DNA from: a virus
Taxonomy: Duplodnaviria; Caudoviricetes
Direction: 5' to 3' (one strand)
Virus record (IMG/VR): IMGVR_UViG_3300035703_000043
Location: 1-64,000 of that record
Length of the DNA stretch: 64,000 nt
Positions 44,701-54,700 of the stretch are shown piece after piece. The notes beneath the pieces were generated by a model. It saw nothing but the letters and a program-made list of their open reading frames with translations. It was not told where the DNA came from and did no database searches. The position numbers and the translations under genes are program-made. Positions within the stretch are counted from its first letter, which is position 1, and the number at the start of each line of letters is the position of its first letter.

Positions 44701-46598
44701 CTCAAGGCACTCAAGGTCTTCAAGGAACTCAAGGAACTCAAGGCACTCAAGGTCTTCAAGGTACTCAAGGAACTCAAGGCACTCAAGGTCTTCAAGGTAC
44801 TCAAGGAACTCAAGGTCTTCAAGGAACTCAAGGAACTCAAGGCACTCAAGGACTTCAAGGCACTCAAGGTACACAGGGAACTCAAGGACTTCAAGGCACT
44901 CAAGGTACACAGGGAACTCAAGGACTTCAAGGTACTCAAGGTACACAAGGAACCCAAGGTCTTCAGGGTACACAAGGAACTCAAGGTCTTCAGGGTACAC
45001 AAGGAACTCAAGGTCTTCAGGGAACTCAAGGCACTCAAGGTCTCCAAGGCACACAAGGAACTCAAGGCACTCAAGGTCTCCAAGGCACACAAGGAACTCA
45101 AGGCACTCAAGGTCTTCAAGGCACACAAGGAACTCAAGGCACTCAAGGTCTTCAAGGAACTCAAGGGACTCAAGGAACCCAAGGTCTTCAAGGTACTCAA
45201 GGTACACAAGGAACCCAAGGTCTTCAAGGTACTCAAGGAACTCAAGGCACTCAAGGTCTTCAAGGTACTCAAGGTACACAAGGAACCCAAGGTCTTCAAG
45301 GTACTCAAGGTACACAAGGAACCCAAGGTCTTCAAGGTACTCAAGGAACTCAAGGTCTCCAAGGCACACAAGGAACTCAAGGCACTCAAGGTACACAGGG
45401 AACTCAAGGTCTTCAAGGTACTCAAGGTACACAAGGAACCCAAGGTCTTCAAGGTACTCAAGGAACTCAAGGAACTCAAGGAACTCAAGGTCTTACTGGC
45501 CCAGTAGCAGGTTCTGCAAATCAAGTTGTTTATAAAGATTCCTCCAATACAGTAACTGGGTCAAGTAGTTTAACTTATACTGGTCCAACTGGATCTGGAA
45601 TTGGAACATTAGGAATTGGAACAGTTATTACTATTAAGCACAATGATACTTTAAATTCCGGGACTTTAATCTTTGAAGGTTCTGCAGGACAATTATTTAC
45701 AATTACAAATAATCTTACCAGTGGTTCTATATTCTCTGTATCCGATTCTTCTGGTATTCCAAGTATTGATGTAAATGCAGATGATACCGTTTTATTAGCA
45801 CCTTATAATGGCAATGTTGGTATAGGAACCACAATTCCAAGAGCAACTTTAACTGTAGTACCAACAACAACAAGTATTGCTGGACTCTTTTCTGGAACCA
45901 CATCAAGTGATATGGTTCGTATCACTCAAACTGGAACTGGTAATGCTCTTGTAGTCGAAGATGAAACAAATCCAGATTCAACTCCTTTTGTCGTCAAAGC
46001 AAATGGTAGTATTGGTATAGGGACCACAAATCCACAGTACATTTTAGACATTATAGTTGCTCCTGGTAATTATGCTCGTATACCTGTATTAAATACTTTA
46101 CTACTAAATTCTCCGACTGGTGATTTATATCTTGAAGGCACTGGTATTAAGGCTGACGGTAATATTACTGTAGATGGATCTGTTGGAATAGGAACCACAA
46201 ATCCAACCTCAAAACTTTTTGTAGATGGTGAAATAAGAGCGACAGGAAATGTTATTGCTTACTATTCATCAGATATTAAACTAAAAAACAATATTGAAAA
46301 TATAAAAAATCCAATCAAAAAACTGATGCAAATAAATGGAGTTGAATTTGATTGGACCGATGAATATATTCAAAATAAAGGAGGAGTTGATGGTTATTTC
46401 ATAAGAAAACATGATATTGGTGTCATTGCTCAAGAAATAGAAAAAGTTCTTCCTGAAGCAGTGGCAACAAGAAATGATGGTGAAAAAGCAGTGAAGTACG
46501 AATTGATTGTCGCATTGTTGATTGAAGCAATTAAAGAGCAACAGGGTGAAATAAATAATCTCAAAGAAAAGATGCTTCAATTATCGGAGAAAATTTAA
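41778..46598 (+). CDS. Collagen-like long tail fibre with C-terminal intramolecular chaperone (peptidase S74)
   Basis: Two (G-T/L-Q)n tracts; YYSSDIKLKNNI...GVIAQEIEKVLPEAV...LLIEAIKE; late promoter CATAAATA at 41757. Confidence 0.88.
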   Translation: MADKSFGLNQLNFTGIAGTSLIESGDTLQINSPLVSVSTDFSVGGKVNSNIILSSSYSIGIGSTQPKEKLDVLGNVNVSGSVTATSFVGSGTDLIGVAKNTISAIDENTYYYPVFTPSDANAGTYSTVVIPSNKLVFNPSGLLGIGSTSPNYNLDVVGTGRFTGNLTASSFVGNLTGTATSLSDAANITTGTISSSRLSGSYGISITGTANSLADAANITTGTISSSRLSGSYGISITGTANSLADAANITTGTISSSRLSGSYGISITGTANSLADAANITTGTISSSRLSGSYGISITGTANSLADAANITTGTISSSRLSGSYGISITGTATSLADAANITTGTISSSRLSGSYGISITGTATSLADAANITTGTISSSRLSGSYGISITGTANTATTATGVSTTININTTGIVTASSLRVGTSATESIGITTNIISGGNLLLINPATVGVSTGTVRILGNLIVDGTTSTTQELVLTSSDKLIAIASTIGNVIDLDGAGIGIGSTSIRKFIRWNYASSSLKSSENWNLESNRNYQINDSIVLSSTTLGTGVTISSLRSVSSGIITDRTELTSGQVSASDYLLIYDVSDPTNLKKATIQNAALQGLQGTQGTQGTQGTQGTQGTQGLQGTQGTQGTQGTQGTQGSQGTQGTQGTQGLQGTQGLQGTQGTQGTQGLQGTQGTQGTQGLQGTQGTQGTQGLQGTQGTQGTQGLQGTQGTQGTQGLQGTQGTQGTQGLQGTQGTQGTQGTQGTQGLQGTQGTQGPQGLQGRQGTQGIGGNNGSSNWTPILVNVSQSSSDPSIFTKTGGTDSQWDSSVYSKQGFVLGSYVSTRISSTSGSAIVGLGTNPSASSNQNFDYGIYLDNGDIKSIENGSVTNLSNTYITNDFVSITYDGANIRYYKNSSLLRTVARAAGNALYLDSSIFSSGLGFEDLTFGPMGPQGTQGLQGTQGTQGLQGTQGTQGTQGTQGLQGTQGTQGTQGLQGTQGTQGTQGLQGTQGTQGTQGLQGTQGTQGLQGTQGTQGTQGLQGTQGTQGTQGLQGTQGTQGTQGLQGTQGTQGTQGLQGTQGTQGLQGTQGTQGLQGTQGTQGLQGTQGTQGTQGLQGTQGTQGTQGLQGTQGTQGTQGLQGTQGTQGTQGLQGTQGTQGTQGLQGTQGTQGTQGLQGTQGTQGTQGLQGTQGTQGTQGLQGTQGTQGLQGTQGTQGTQGTQGTQGLQGTQGTQGTQGLQGTQGTQGTQGTQGLTGPVAGSANQVVYKDSSNTVTGSSSLTYTGPTGSGIGTLGIGTVITIKHNDTLNSGTLIFEGSAGQLFTITNNLTSGSIFSVSDSSGIPSIDVNADDTVLLAPYNGNVGIGTTIPRATLTVVPTTTSIAGLFSGTTSSDMVRITQTGTGNALVVEDETNPDSTPFVVKANGSIGIGTTNPQYILDIIVAPGNYARIPVLNTLLLNSPTGDLYLEGTGIKADGNITVDGSVGIGTTNPTSKLFVDGEIRATGNVIAYYSSDIKLKNNIENIKNPIKKLMQINGVEFDWTDEYIQNKGGVDGYFIRKHDIGVIAQEIEKVLPEAVATRNDGEKAVKYELIVALLIEAIKEQQGEINNLKEKMLQLSEKI
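42303..42965 (+). repeat. Seven 93-nt (31-aa) tandem repeats
   Basis: TGTA(N/T)SLADAANITTGTISSSRLSGSYGISI x7. Confidence 0.95.
43593..44101 (+). repeat. 9-nt collagen repeat tract 1 (about 56 triplets)
   Basis: CAAGGNACN/CAAGGNCTT units. Confidence 0.95.
44580..45500 (+). repeat. 9-nt collagen repeat tract 2 (about 100 triplets)
   Basis: Same unit, with a GLQ-GTQ-GTQ super-period. Confidence 0.95.
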
Positions 46599-46924
46599 TG
46601 AATAATATAGAATACTCTTGGAAAATAAATTCTTTAAATAAAAAGAATACAGAATTGCATAATGATGTAATTTATAATGTAGTCTGGACAAGAAGTGGAT
46701 TGGATTTAGAAACCAATATTGCAACCTCAGTGACTTCCAGTTTACAACTTGAAATACCAATTGAATCTGAAGTATTTGTTCCTTACTCAAATTTATCAGA
46801 AAATATAATTATTGAATGGATTCTGAGTAAAATTGATATTGAAAAAGTTGAAGAAAATATTCAAAAACAAATTGAATATAATAACTCATTAGTTGTTGAA
46901 TCTCAATTTCCCTGGAACTTATAA
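46598..46924 (+). CDS. Fibre-associated small protein (putative chaperone)
   Basis: YSWKI..L...DVIYNVVW...FVPYSNL....IIEW...PW; coupled to the fibre stop. Confidence 0.7.
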   Translation: MNNIEYSWKINSLNKKNTELHNDVIYNVVWTRSGLDLETNIATSVTSSLQLEIPIESEVFVPYSNLSENIIIEWILSKIDIEKVEENIQKQIEYNNSLVVESQFPWNL

Positions 46925-46926
46925 AT

Positions 46927-47436
46927 ATGGTTCTCCCCATTTCCGGTCAAATTAGTTTGCTATCTCTTCAAAATGAATTTGGAGGATCAAACCCAATTGG
47001 AATGGATGAGTATTATGGAAGTGGGGGTGCTCCTGGTTCTGGTCAAATTGGAATTAATACTTTTTATGGTCGGTTTGCAAATTGGACCGAGTATATGATG
47101 GGCAATGGTATTAGTATAAATTCTTATTCAGGAAACATTGTAGTTCCTGGTTCATCCCGTAGTCCAACAGTTTTTACTATTAATTTTAACAGAACTACAA
47201 CAGATTTTACGGGGACTTTAAGTATCTATGTAAATGAAGTTTTGAATTCTACTTACAGCAATGGTGCGATTGGAAATATAAACGTAGCGAACCCAAGTAT
47301 AAGTTTTGGGAGTTCCAATATAAGATTTTCTTCTATAATAATAGATACAAATCAAAACAACGATACACCATCAGAGTGGAAAGTTTCTGTCGGTAGCACT
47401 TTAGTATATTATCATTCTTATGATAATAATACATAA
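46927..47436 (+). CDS. Putative fibre-tip/adhesin-like protein
   Basis: N-terminal LPISGQISL..LQNEFGGSNPI...EYY motif, typical after S74-bearing fibres. Confidence 0.6.
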   Translation: MVLPISGQISLLSLQNEFGGSNPIGMDEYYGSGGAPGSGQIGINTFYGRFANWTEYMMGNGISINSYSGNIVVPGSSRSPTVFTINFNRTTTDFTGTLSIYVNEVLNSTYSNGAIGNINVANPSISFGSSNIRFSSIIIDTNQNNDTPSEWKVSVGSTLVYYHSYDNNT

Positions 47437-48148
47437 TAATTTGAACATACATTATCAAAAAAAAGTTTTAGATTCAATAAATCAAATATCAGAAGAATAT
47501 AGTTATTTTTTATCTACTGATGAGCACCCAAAGATGTCTCTTATTGGAGATGTTTCCTCTGATTTAAAATATATTTTCCCAAGTCCATTCAGTAAAGAAG
47601 AATTATATGAAAATTTGTTTAAGCAGTTTGAAATACAATATTCGTTGATAGATAAATCAAAAAACCCATATCTGAAATTCAACTTCAAAAAAGAAAAAAA
47701 ATTAACTTTTACTACTGGTTATGGAATTATAGTTTCAAATAGTAATCTATTAGTTTTAGATGTTGATAATCAATATCAACTTGAAGAGATGAAATCAATA
47801 TGCCCAAATATTATAACCAATTGTAAATTCAAAAGAATAAACACTGATAATCAGAATAGACTTCATTTATATTATAAAAAACCTAAAGATTTTAATCCTT
47901 CTGAAAAAATTAGAAGAATTAATTTAAAAAAGACAAATTTGTGGGTGTGTGGAATGAATTGTACTAAAGATTTGATATTTGGATTAGACACTGCACATTT
48001 TTTTCGTAATCCATATTTTAATTATGAGTTAGTTGGACATATGGACGATATAACTGAGTGTCCATCGGAAATTATTCATAGAATTATTGAAAGTGAAAAA
48101 CGATACGATTATTTTCACAGCAATAGTAGGGGCAAAATTACCACTTGA
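47420..48148 (+). CDS. Prim-Pol (bifunctional primase/polymerase)-like domain protein
   Basis: GYGII...LLVLDVD...RLHLYY motifs; very AT-rich. Confidence 0.45.
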   Translation: MIIIHNNLNIHYQKKVLDSINQISEEYSYFLSTDEHPKMSLIGDVSSDLKYIFPSPFSKEELYENLFKQFEIQYSLIDKSKNPYLKFNFKKEKKLTFTTGYGIIVSNSNLLVLDVDNQYQLEEMKSICPNIITNCKFKRINTDNQNRLHLYYKKPKDFNPSEKIRRINLKKTNLWVCGMNCTKDLIFGLDTAHFFRNPYFNYELVGHMDDITECPSEIIHRIIESEKRYDYFHSNSRGKITT

Positions 48149-48173
48149 CAACCAAAAGTTTTTGTGCTATGAT
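48145..48173 (+). promoter_or_regulatory. sigma70 (early-type) promoter
   Basis: TTGACA-17 nt-TATGAT with a TG extension. Confidence 0.85.
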
Positions 48174-48198
48174 AGTAGAGACCCAATATTACTACAAA

Positions 48199-48372
48199 AT
48201 GCAAATTAGTCGTGAAACTCTTCGTGAACTTCAGGGAATGCAGGAGGACGTTGCATCTCATTTTACAGAAGAATTTTTTCCTATTAGTGGAGAAACTTAT
48301 TGGACTTGTGTTCAGTGTCTTGCAGAAGCAAAATTGGCAGAGCTTCGTGGTGAATTGATTTATGCTAATTGA
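48199..48372 (+). CDS. 57-aa hypothetical protein
   Basis: ATG 48199 downstream of the promoter; ISGETYWTCVQCLAEAKL. Confidence 0.7.
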   Translation: MQISRETLRELQGMQEDVASHFTEEFFPISGETYWTCVQCLAEAKLAELRGELIYAN

Positions 48373-48402
48373 GTTCTAAATAAAGAAAATCAGGTTCGTT
48401 CT

Positions 48403-48675
48403 ATGAAATACCGCATAGACACTACTTACTGTTGGTATAATGGTGGAAAAGAAATAGTGTTTATGTATTTTATAAATGGCATTCCATTTACATTTGATGA
48501 GTTACCTCACACTGGAATGTACACAACAGAAATAGTAGAACACGCAAATAGTGAACTGTCATATGAACCTGAAGATTTATATCAAGCATCTTATTATTTG
48601 ATGCTTGAAGAATGTCATCCACTGATGTTTGAATTGGAATTAGAAAACCCAGAATTACTTCCTTGCGATGACTAA
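48403..48675 (+). CDS. Conserved hypothetical cyanophage protein
   Basis: YCWY...MYFINGIPFTFDEL...YLMLEECHP. Confidence 0.75.
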   Translation: MKYRIDTTYCWYNGGKEIVFMYFINGIPFTFDELPHTGMYTTEIVEHANSELSYEPEDLYQASYYLMLEECHPLMFELELENPELLPCDD

Positions 48676-48786
48676 AACCAAAATTGACCTTTAATTACAA
48701 AAAGGGTCAAAAAAATTTCCCGCAAAATTTTTTAGTGTAAGGTTTTTGACTAAATACAACTATAAAAGATTTATAGTGCTAATAAA

Positions 48787-51700
48787 ATGCCTCTGTCAAG
48801 ATTAGAGAATTTTTTAAAGAACGCTGAAGGAAATATTCTTTACGTAAATCCTTCAGATTTTGATGCTACAGATAGTTATGAGAATCAAGGTAATTCTCTA
48901 ACTCGTCCATTCAAAACAATTCAAAGAGCATTAATAGAAGCAGCAAGATTTTCGTATCAAAGTGGAAAAAATAACGACAGAATTGATAGAACTACTATAT
49001 TAGTTTATCCAGGAACTCACTATATTGATAATAGACCTGGATTTTCAATCTCAAAACAAGGGTCAAATGCTGTTTATAAAAAAAGAACAGGTACATCAAC
49101 TTGGACTGAGGTTACTTTACCAGAATTAAATGAAAATACAAATTATAATATTTTAGACACAAATAACGATTTATATAAATTTAACTCAGTTCTTGGTGGT
49201 ACAATTCTTCCCCGTGGAACTTCAATTATTGGATATGATTTAAGAAAAACAAAAATTCGTCCTCTATATGTACCAAATCCAGAGGATTCAACTGTTGATA
49301 ATACAAGCATTTTTAATGTAACTGGTACTTGTTACTTTAGTACCTTTACATTTTTAGATGCCGATTCTACAAAAACAGTATTCAGAGATTATACTGACAA
49401 TCGTTTTGTTCCTAATTTTTCACACCATAAAGTAGTTTCGTTCGCTTATGCAGATGGTGTGAATAAAGTTGCTCTTGGGACAGAGCAGACTGATTTGACT
49501 GACCTTGATATGTATTATTACAAGGTCGCAAGAGCATATGGAGATATTACAGGAAGAGGAATTGTTGATTATCCATCTCTGAACGATTTTGAACCATCTA
49601 AAGATGAATTTAGAATTGTTGGTGAGTTGCAAGCAAATCCACTTGGTATTTCAAGCATTAGTGGTGGTGATGGAATTACTAAGGCAACAAATGTAATTAC
49701 AGTTACGACAAAAAATATTCAGACTGGAGAGGAAATTCCTCATGGACTTTTTGTAGATAGTCCTGTTTTAATTTCTGGAATTACTACAGATGCTTCTGCA
49801 TTTAATGGTTCCTTTACAGTTAGAGAAGTTGTTGGAGTATCAACTTTCACATACACTTCAACATCCTCACCATCAAATCAGAACCCACAAGTCGCAGATT
49901 ATGAGTCGGGAATCGTAACAATTGAAGCAGATAGTGTAAGTTCTGCATCACCTTATGTCTTTAACTGCTCAATTCGTTCTGCATATGGATTATGTGGAAT
50001 GTGGGCAGATGGAAATAAGGCAGATGGTTTCAAGAGTATGGTTGTTGCCCAATTTACTGGGGTTTCACTTCAAAAAGATGATAATGCATTTATTATCTTC
50101 AATAAAACCACAGGAAAATATGAAGGAAATGATGTCTTAGCATTAACAAGTAATGAAAGACCATTGCACACAAATGGAAATGCAATTTATAAACCAGATT
50201 ATGAAAGTTATCACATTCGTGTTTCAAATAATGGTTTCGTTCAATGCGTTTCCATCTTTGCAATTGGATTCGCAAAACACTTTATAACTGAATCGGGTGG
50301 TGATATGAGTATCACCAACTCTAACTCAAACTTCGGTGCAATTTCACTTGAATCTGTTGGTTATAGGAATGAGTCATTTGATAGGGATGATGTAGGTTAT
50401 ATTACTCATATCATACCACCAAAAGAAATAGATGCACCAGAAAGTAATATCAATTGGCTTTCTTTTGATGTTCAAAAAACTATATCTGTAGGAGTAACAG
50501 AAAAATTATATCTTTATAATTATAAAAACAAAGAAGTTTCACCATCAAAGGACGTAGATGGTTTTAAGATTGGTGCAAAAACAAATGATTCTTTAAATCT
50601 TAATATTGTTATAGGAACTGCTCAAACAGTTTATACTTCACCAATATTAATGCCAGTTAGTGTTGGGATTGGAGTTACGGCAAGAAAAACATATACTATA
50701 GCAAGGTCTGGCAATTTAAATCAAATTTCAAATAATGTTTTAACTTTATCATCTAACCATCAATTAATTAATGGTGAAAGTGTTAGAATTTTCTCAGATA
50801 CTGGGGAAGTTCCAAATGGTCTGACTGTGAATACAGTTGCTTATGCAATTACAACTGGGTTAGCAGCAAATCAAGTTAAACTCGCATACTCATTGAATGA
50901 TGCAATTGCACAAAATGAAATCAAAGGAATTAATGATAGAGGTGGCATTCTTACCCTTGTAAGTTCTGTAACAGATAAAAAACCAGGAGAAATTGGAAGT
51001 CCAATTCAATATGATGATGCAAACGGACAATGGTATGTATTGAGTAGTAATGATTCAAATAATAAAATATACTCTGCAATTGTTGGTTTTGGAACAACTT
51101 CATTAGGAAATGAGTCATCTTCAACTTACGTAAAACGTAAATTAGATAATCGTTCAATACAAGATAGAATTTATAGATTAAGGTATGTAGTTCCTAAAGA
51201 GTATACAAACGCAAGACCACCACAAGCTGGATTTGTACTACAAGAGTCTAAGACTGTTGGAATTAGTCCAATTTCTTTTGATTATACACAATCTATTACT
51301 GAGCAAACTCCACCAGCATATCTAAGAAATGAAAAGATAATTAAAAATGCTACCGTTGGTGCTGTTTCTGGTGGTAAACAAACCGTAACTATTACCACCG
51401 AAAAACCTCACAAGTTTTTTGTTGGAGATAAAGTTAAAATTCAAAGAATCAAAAGTGAAAATAATTCTTCTGCAACTGGAATTACTTCAACATATAATGG
51501 TTCTTATTTTATTACTTCTGTACCGAGTTCCAAAACGTTTACATATGAAATTTCTGGTGTAAAAATCAATCCAGGGGCATTTACTAATCAAATTGATGAA
51601 CGTGATACAAGTCAAGAAAGAAGTCAAATTCCTTTGGCATCCAGAGAAGAATATAAAAATGATTTTTATATCTATAGAGTAGATACAATTAAATCTCATA

Positions 51701-54700
51701 TTCCAGGATTAAATGGTCAAGATGGTATCTATCATTTGATAGTATTATCTTCAAATGTATCCCCTTCTTCTGATATTGGATATAATCTTTCATCTAAGGC
51801 ATTCAATCAAGATGTTAGAAATTTATATCCACAAATTGATCTTGATAATTTCAATTCTGACCCATCAGAATCAGTAAGTTATGCTTATTCACCTGTAATT
51901 GGAAAAGTCATAACAGATGATAAGAGAAAGTCAATCACAAGAGAAAGTATAAACACATTTTTAAAGAATGCGAATGTAGGATTTGCAATTACAGGAGTTA
52001 CAGTAACTGGAACTGGATATACTACAGTAACTCTTCATACAAATGTTGAGCACAATTTTAATTCAATCAAATCAATATCAATAAAAGATCCAACTGGAGC
52101 AGGAACATCAGGGGCAGGATATGGAAATACAACAATTTATTCTTCTAATTTAATAGGAGGAAGTGGTCAAGGTGCTTCCCTTTTTGTTCCTGTTGTTGGT
52201 TCCACTGGAACAATTAATACAAATTCAATTAGAATAGTTGATGCTGGTTCCGTTTATTCGGTTGGAAATGTACTTGACGTTTCTGGTCCATCTGGAATTA
52301 CTCCGACAATTTATGCAAAGGCAGAAGTCATAGAAATAAACAATAATATTGGAGATTCTCTTGAAGTACGTGGTTTTAATACCACAGATTTAGATGGAGT
52401 TTATAAGATTACAAATGTTCCATCATCAAAATCTATAGAAATTTATGTTCCTAATGGAGTTCCATCATATCAATCAAATACAAATGGTAGAACTCCATTA
52501 GCAGCTTTAGTGTCAAAAGGTATTGGAATTAACTCATTTACATTTAATGATGTTAATACTGGAATTGTAACAGTTACAACCAGTATTTCTCATGGTTTAC
52601 TTAGAGGAAATAAATTTACAATTGTTGGTAGTGGTCATACAATATATGATAAAACATTTGTTGTAAAAGAAAATGTTGGATTAAATACTTTTACATTCAA
52701 TGTTGGAGTTGTTACGCAAACAGCAAATTCAACAACTGGAACACTTCTGAAGCATTCATTAAGTTCAAATGAACTTGTACTATCAAGAGGTGAAGACACT
52801 CTTGGATCTAGAGCATCTTATTTTTATGCAGGAATTACAACTACGATTTCTTCTGCATTGAATTTGTCAGATACAACAATTACCTTAACGAGTTCAAAGG
52901 GATTTGACCGTGGTGATTACATAGTCATCAATAATGAAATCATTCGTCTTGCCAATTCAACAAGCACAAATCAATTCAACGTCATTCGTGGTAATTTTAG
53001 TACATTTAAAACAACTGCTGAAGCAGGAACACAAGTCAAAAAAGTAAATGTAATGCCAATGGAGGTTCGTAGACCTTCATTTATGAGAGCATCTGGTCAT
53101 ACATTTGAATATCTTGGATATGGACCAGGAAATTATTCAACTGGTATGCCTCAAAAACAAACCAGAATTTTAACAGAAGATGACGTTCTTGTATCTCAAG
53201 CAAGAAAACAAAAAGGTGGTGTAGTTGTCTACACTGGAATGAACGATGTTGGTGAATTTTATTCTGGTGCAAAGAAACTAAGTTCATCAACAGGTGAAGA
53301 GAAAATTGTTGAAGCACCAATTCTCAGTTACACTGGAGATGATGCCGAAGGAACAAATACCAATAAGTTAGATGTAACATTTGATAATGTTTTAGCAAGA
53401 GGAAGAATTACTGTTGAGGGTGGTGATGGAGCAAAAGAGACAAGTCAATTTTATGGACCAGTAAGTTTTAATAAAAAAGTAGTAAGTACTTCCGATGAAG
53501 GTGTTAATGTTGAAAATCTTTATGTAAAAGGTGACACCACAACTTATAAATTAATTACAGTCGGGGTATCAACTCCAACTGATGCAAATTTAGTAAATCG
53601 TGGTAATATTTCCCTAAAATCACTTCCAAACGAAGGTTACATTGGGCAAGTTTATGTTGATGGGGAATGGAAAAAATATGGTCCAATCAGTCAATCTAAA
53701 GATATTTTAGATTTTAAAGTTGATAAAATTGGAATTGGTAATTCCAATGATTTTACAAATACTTCAAATCCTGGAGTTAATGATGTTATATTTTATGTTG
53801 GTGGAAAATCAAAATTCAAGGACGTAGTGTTTGCTGGTCAAGTTGAAATTGAATCTGGAATTACCTTAGATGATGTCAATTTTAATAATATTAATATTAG
53901 AAAAACTGCATTTTTTAGTGGAATAGGTGCTGGTACAAGTTATGCCATTTATGTTTATAATCCAGGAGATGTAGTAAATGGTTCAAATGTACCAAGACTT
54001 AGAAGTAGATTTTATGATTTAGAAGTTGCTGGAGTTTCTACATTTAGTGGTCTTGTAGGAATCGGAACAACAATTTTTACTGGAACTTCCAATCAATTGT
54101 TGCAGATTGATAGTGGTGCTTATATAAGTGGTTCTGTAGGTATAGGAACCACAAACCCAACAGATAAATTGTCTATAATTGGTGATGTTGGAATTCAAAC
54201 CAGTTTGAATTTATATTCCTCAAATCAAGTCAAAAAAGGAACAATACAAGCAGTAGAGACAACTGAAAAATATCAATCCGGTTTAGTAATTAACGTTCCT
54301 AATGGTAATGAAATTGCATTTTCTGATGGTGAATCAAGAAATGTTGTTATAACTGGTAATGGAAATCTTGGAATTGGAACCACAACTCTATCATCAAAAT
54401 TACAAGTTCACGGAACAATCGGAATATCTTCTACTGGAGATACAGAAGAACTTGTACCTGGAGGAAGAACACAATTTAGTTCAAGTAGCACCTCTGGATT
54501 TGTCTTAAATCACAATCACAGCACCGATATAGTTTTCCAAAATCAAGGAATTGAAAGATTTAGAGTTGGTAGTGGAATAACAGCAACTTATACAAGTCTT
54601 AGTGCTGGTTCTGACTTGACTGGAAGTCATTTCAAACTTAAAAATGATGGGACTGGAGACGTTGTTCTTTCTTGGTTCACAGATGATTTGAATAATCGTA

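Noticed and set aside
43516-45524. Long alternative-frame and antisense ORFs (LKSLSSL..., ELKVFK..., LEYLE...)
   Set aside because: By-products of the 9-nt collagen repeat, which lacks stops in most frames; they begin and end with the repeat
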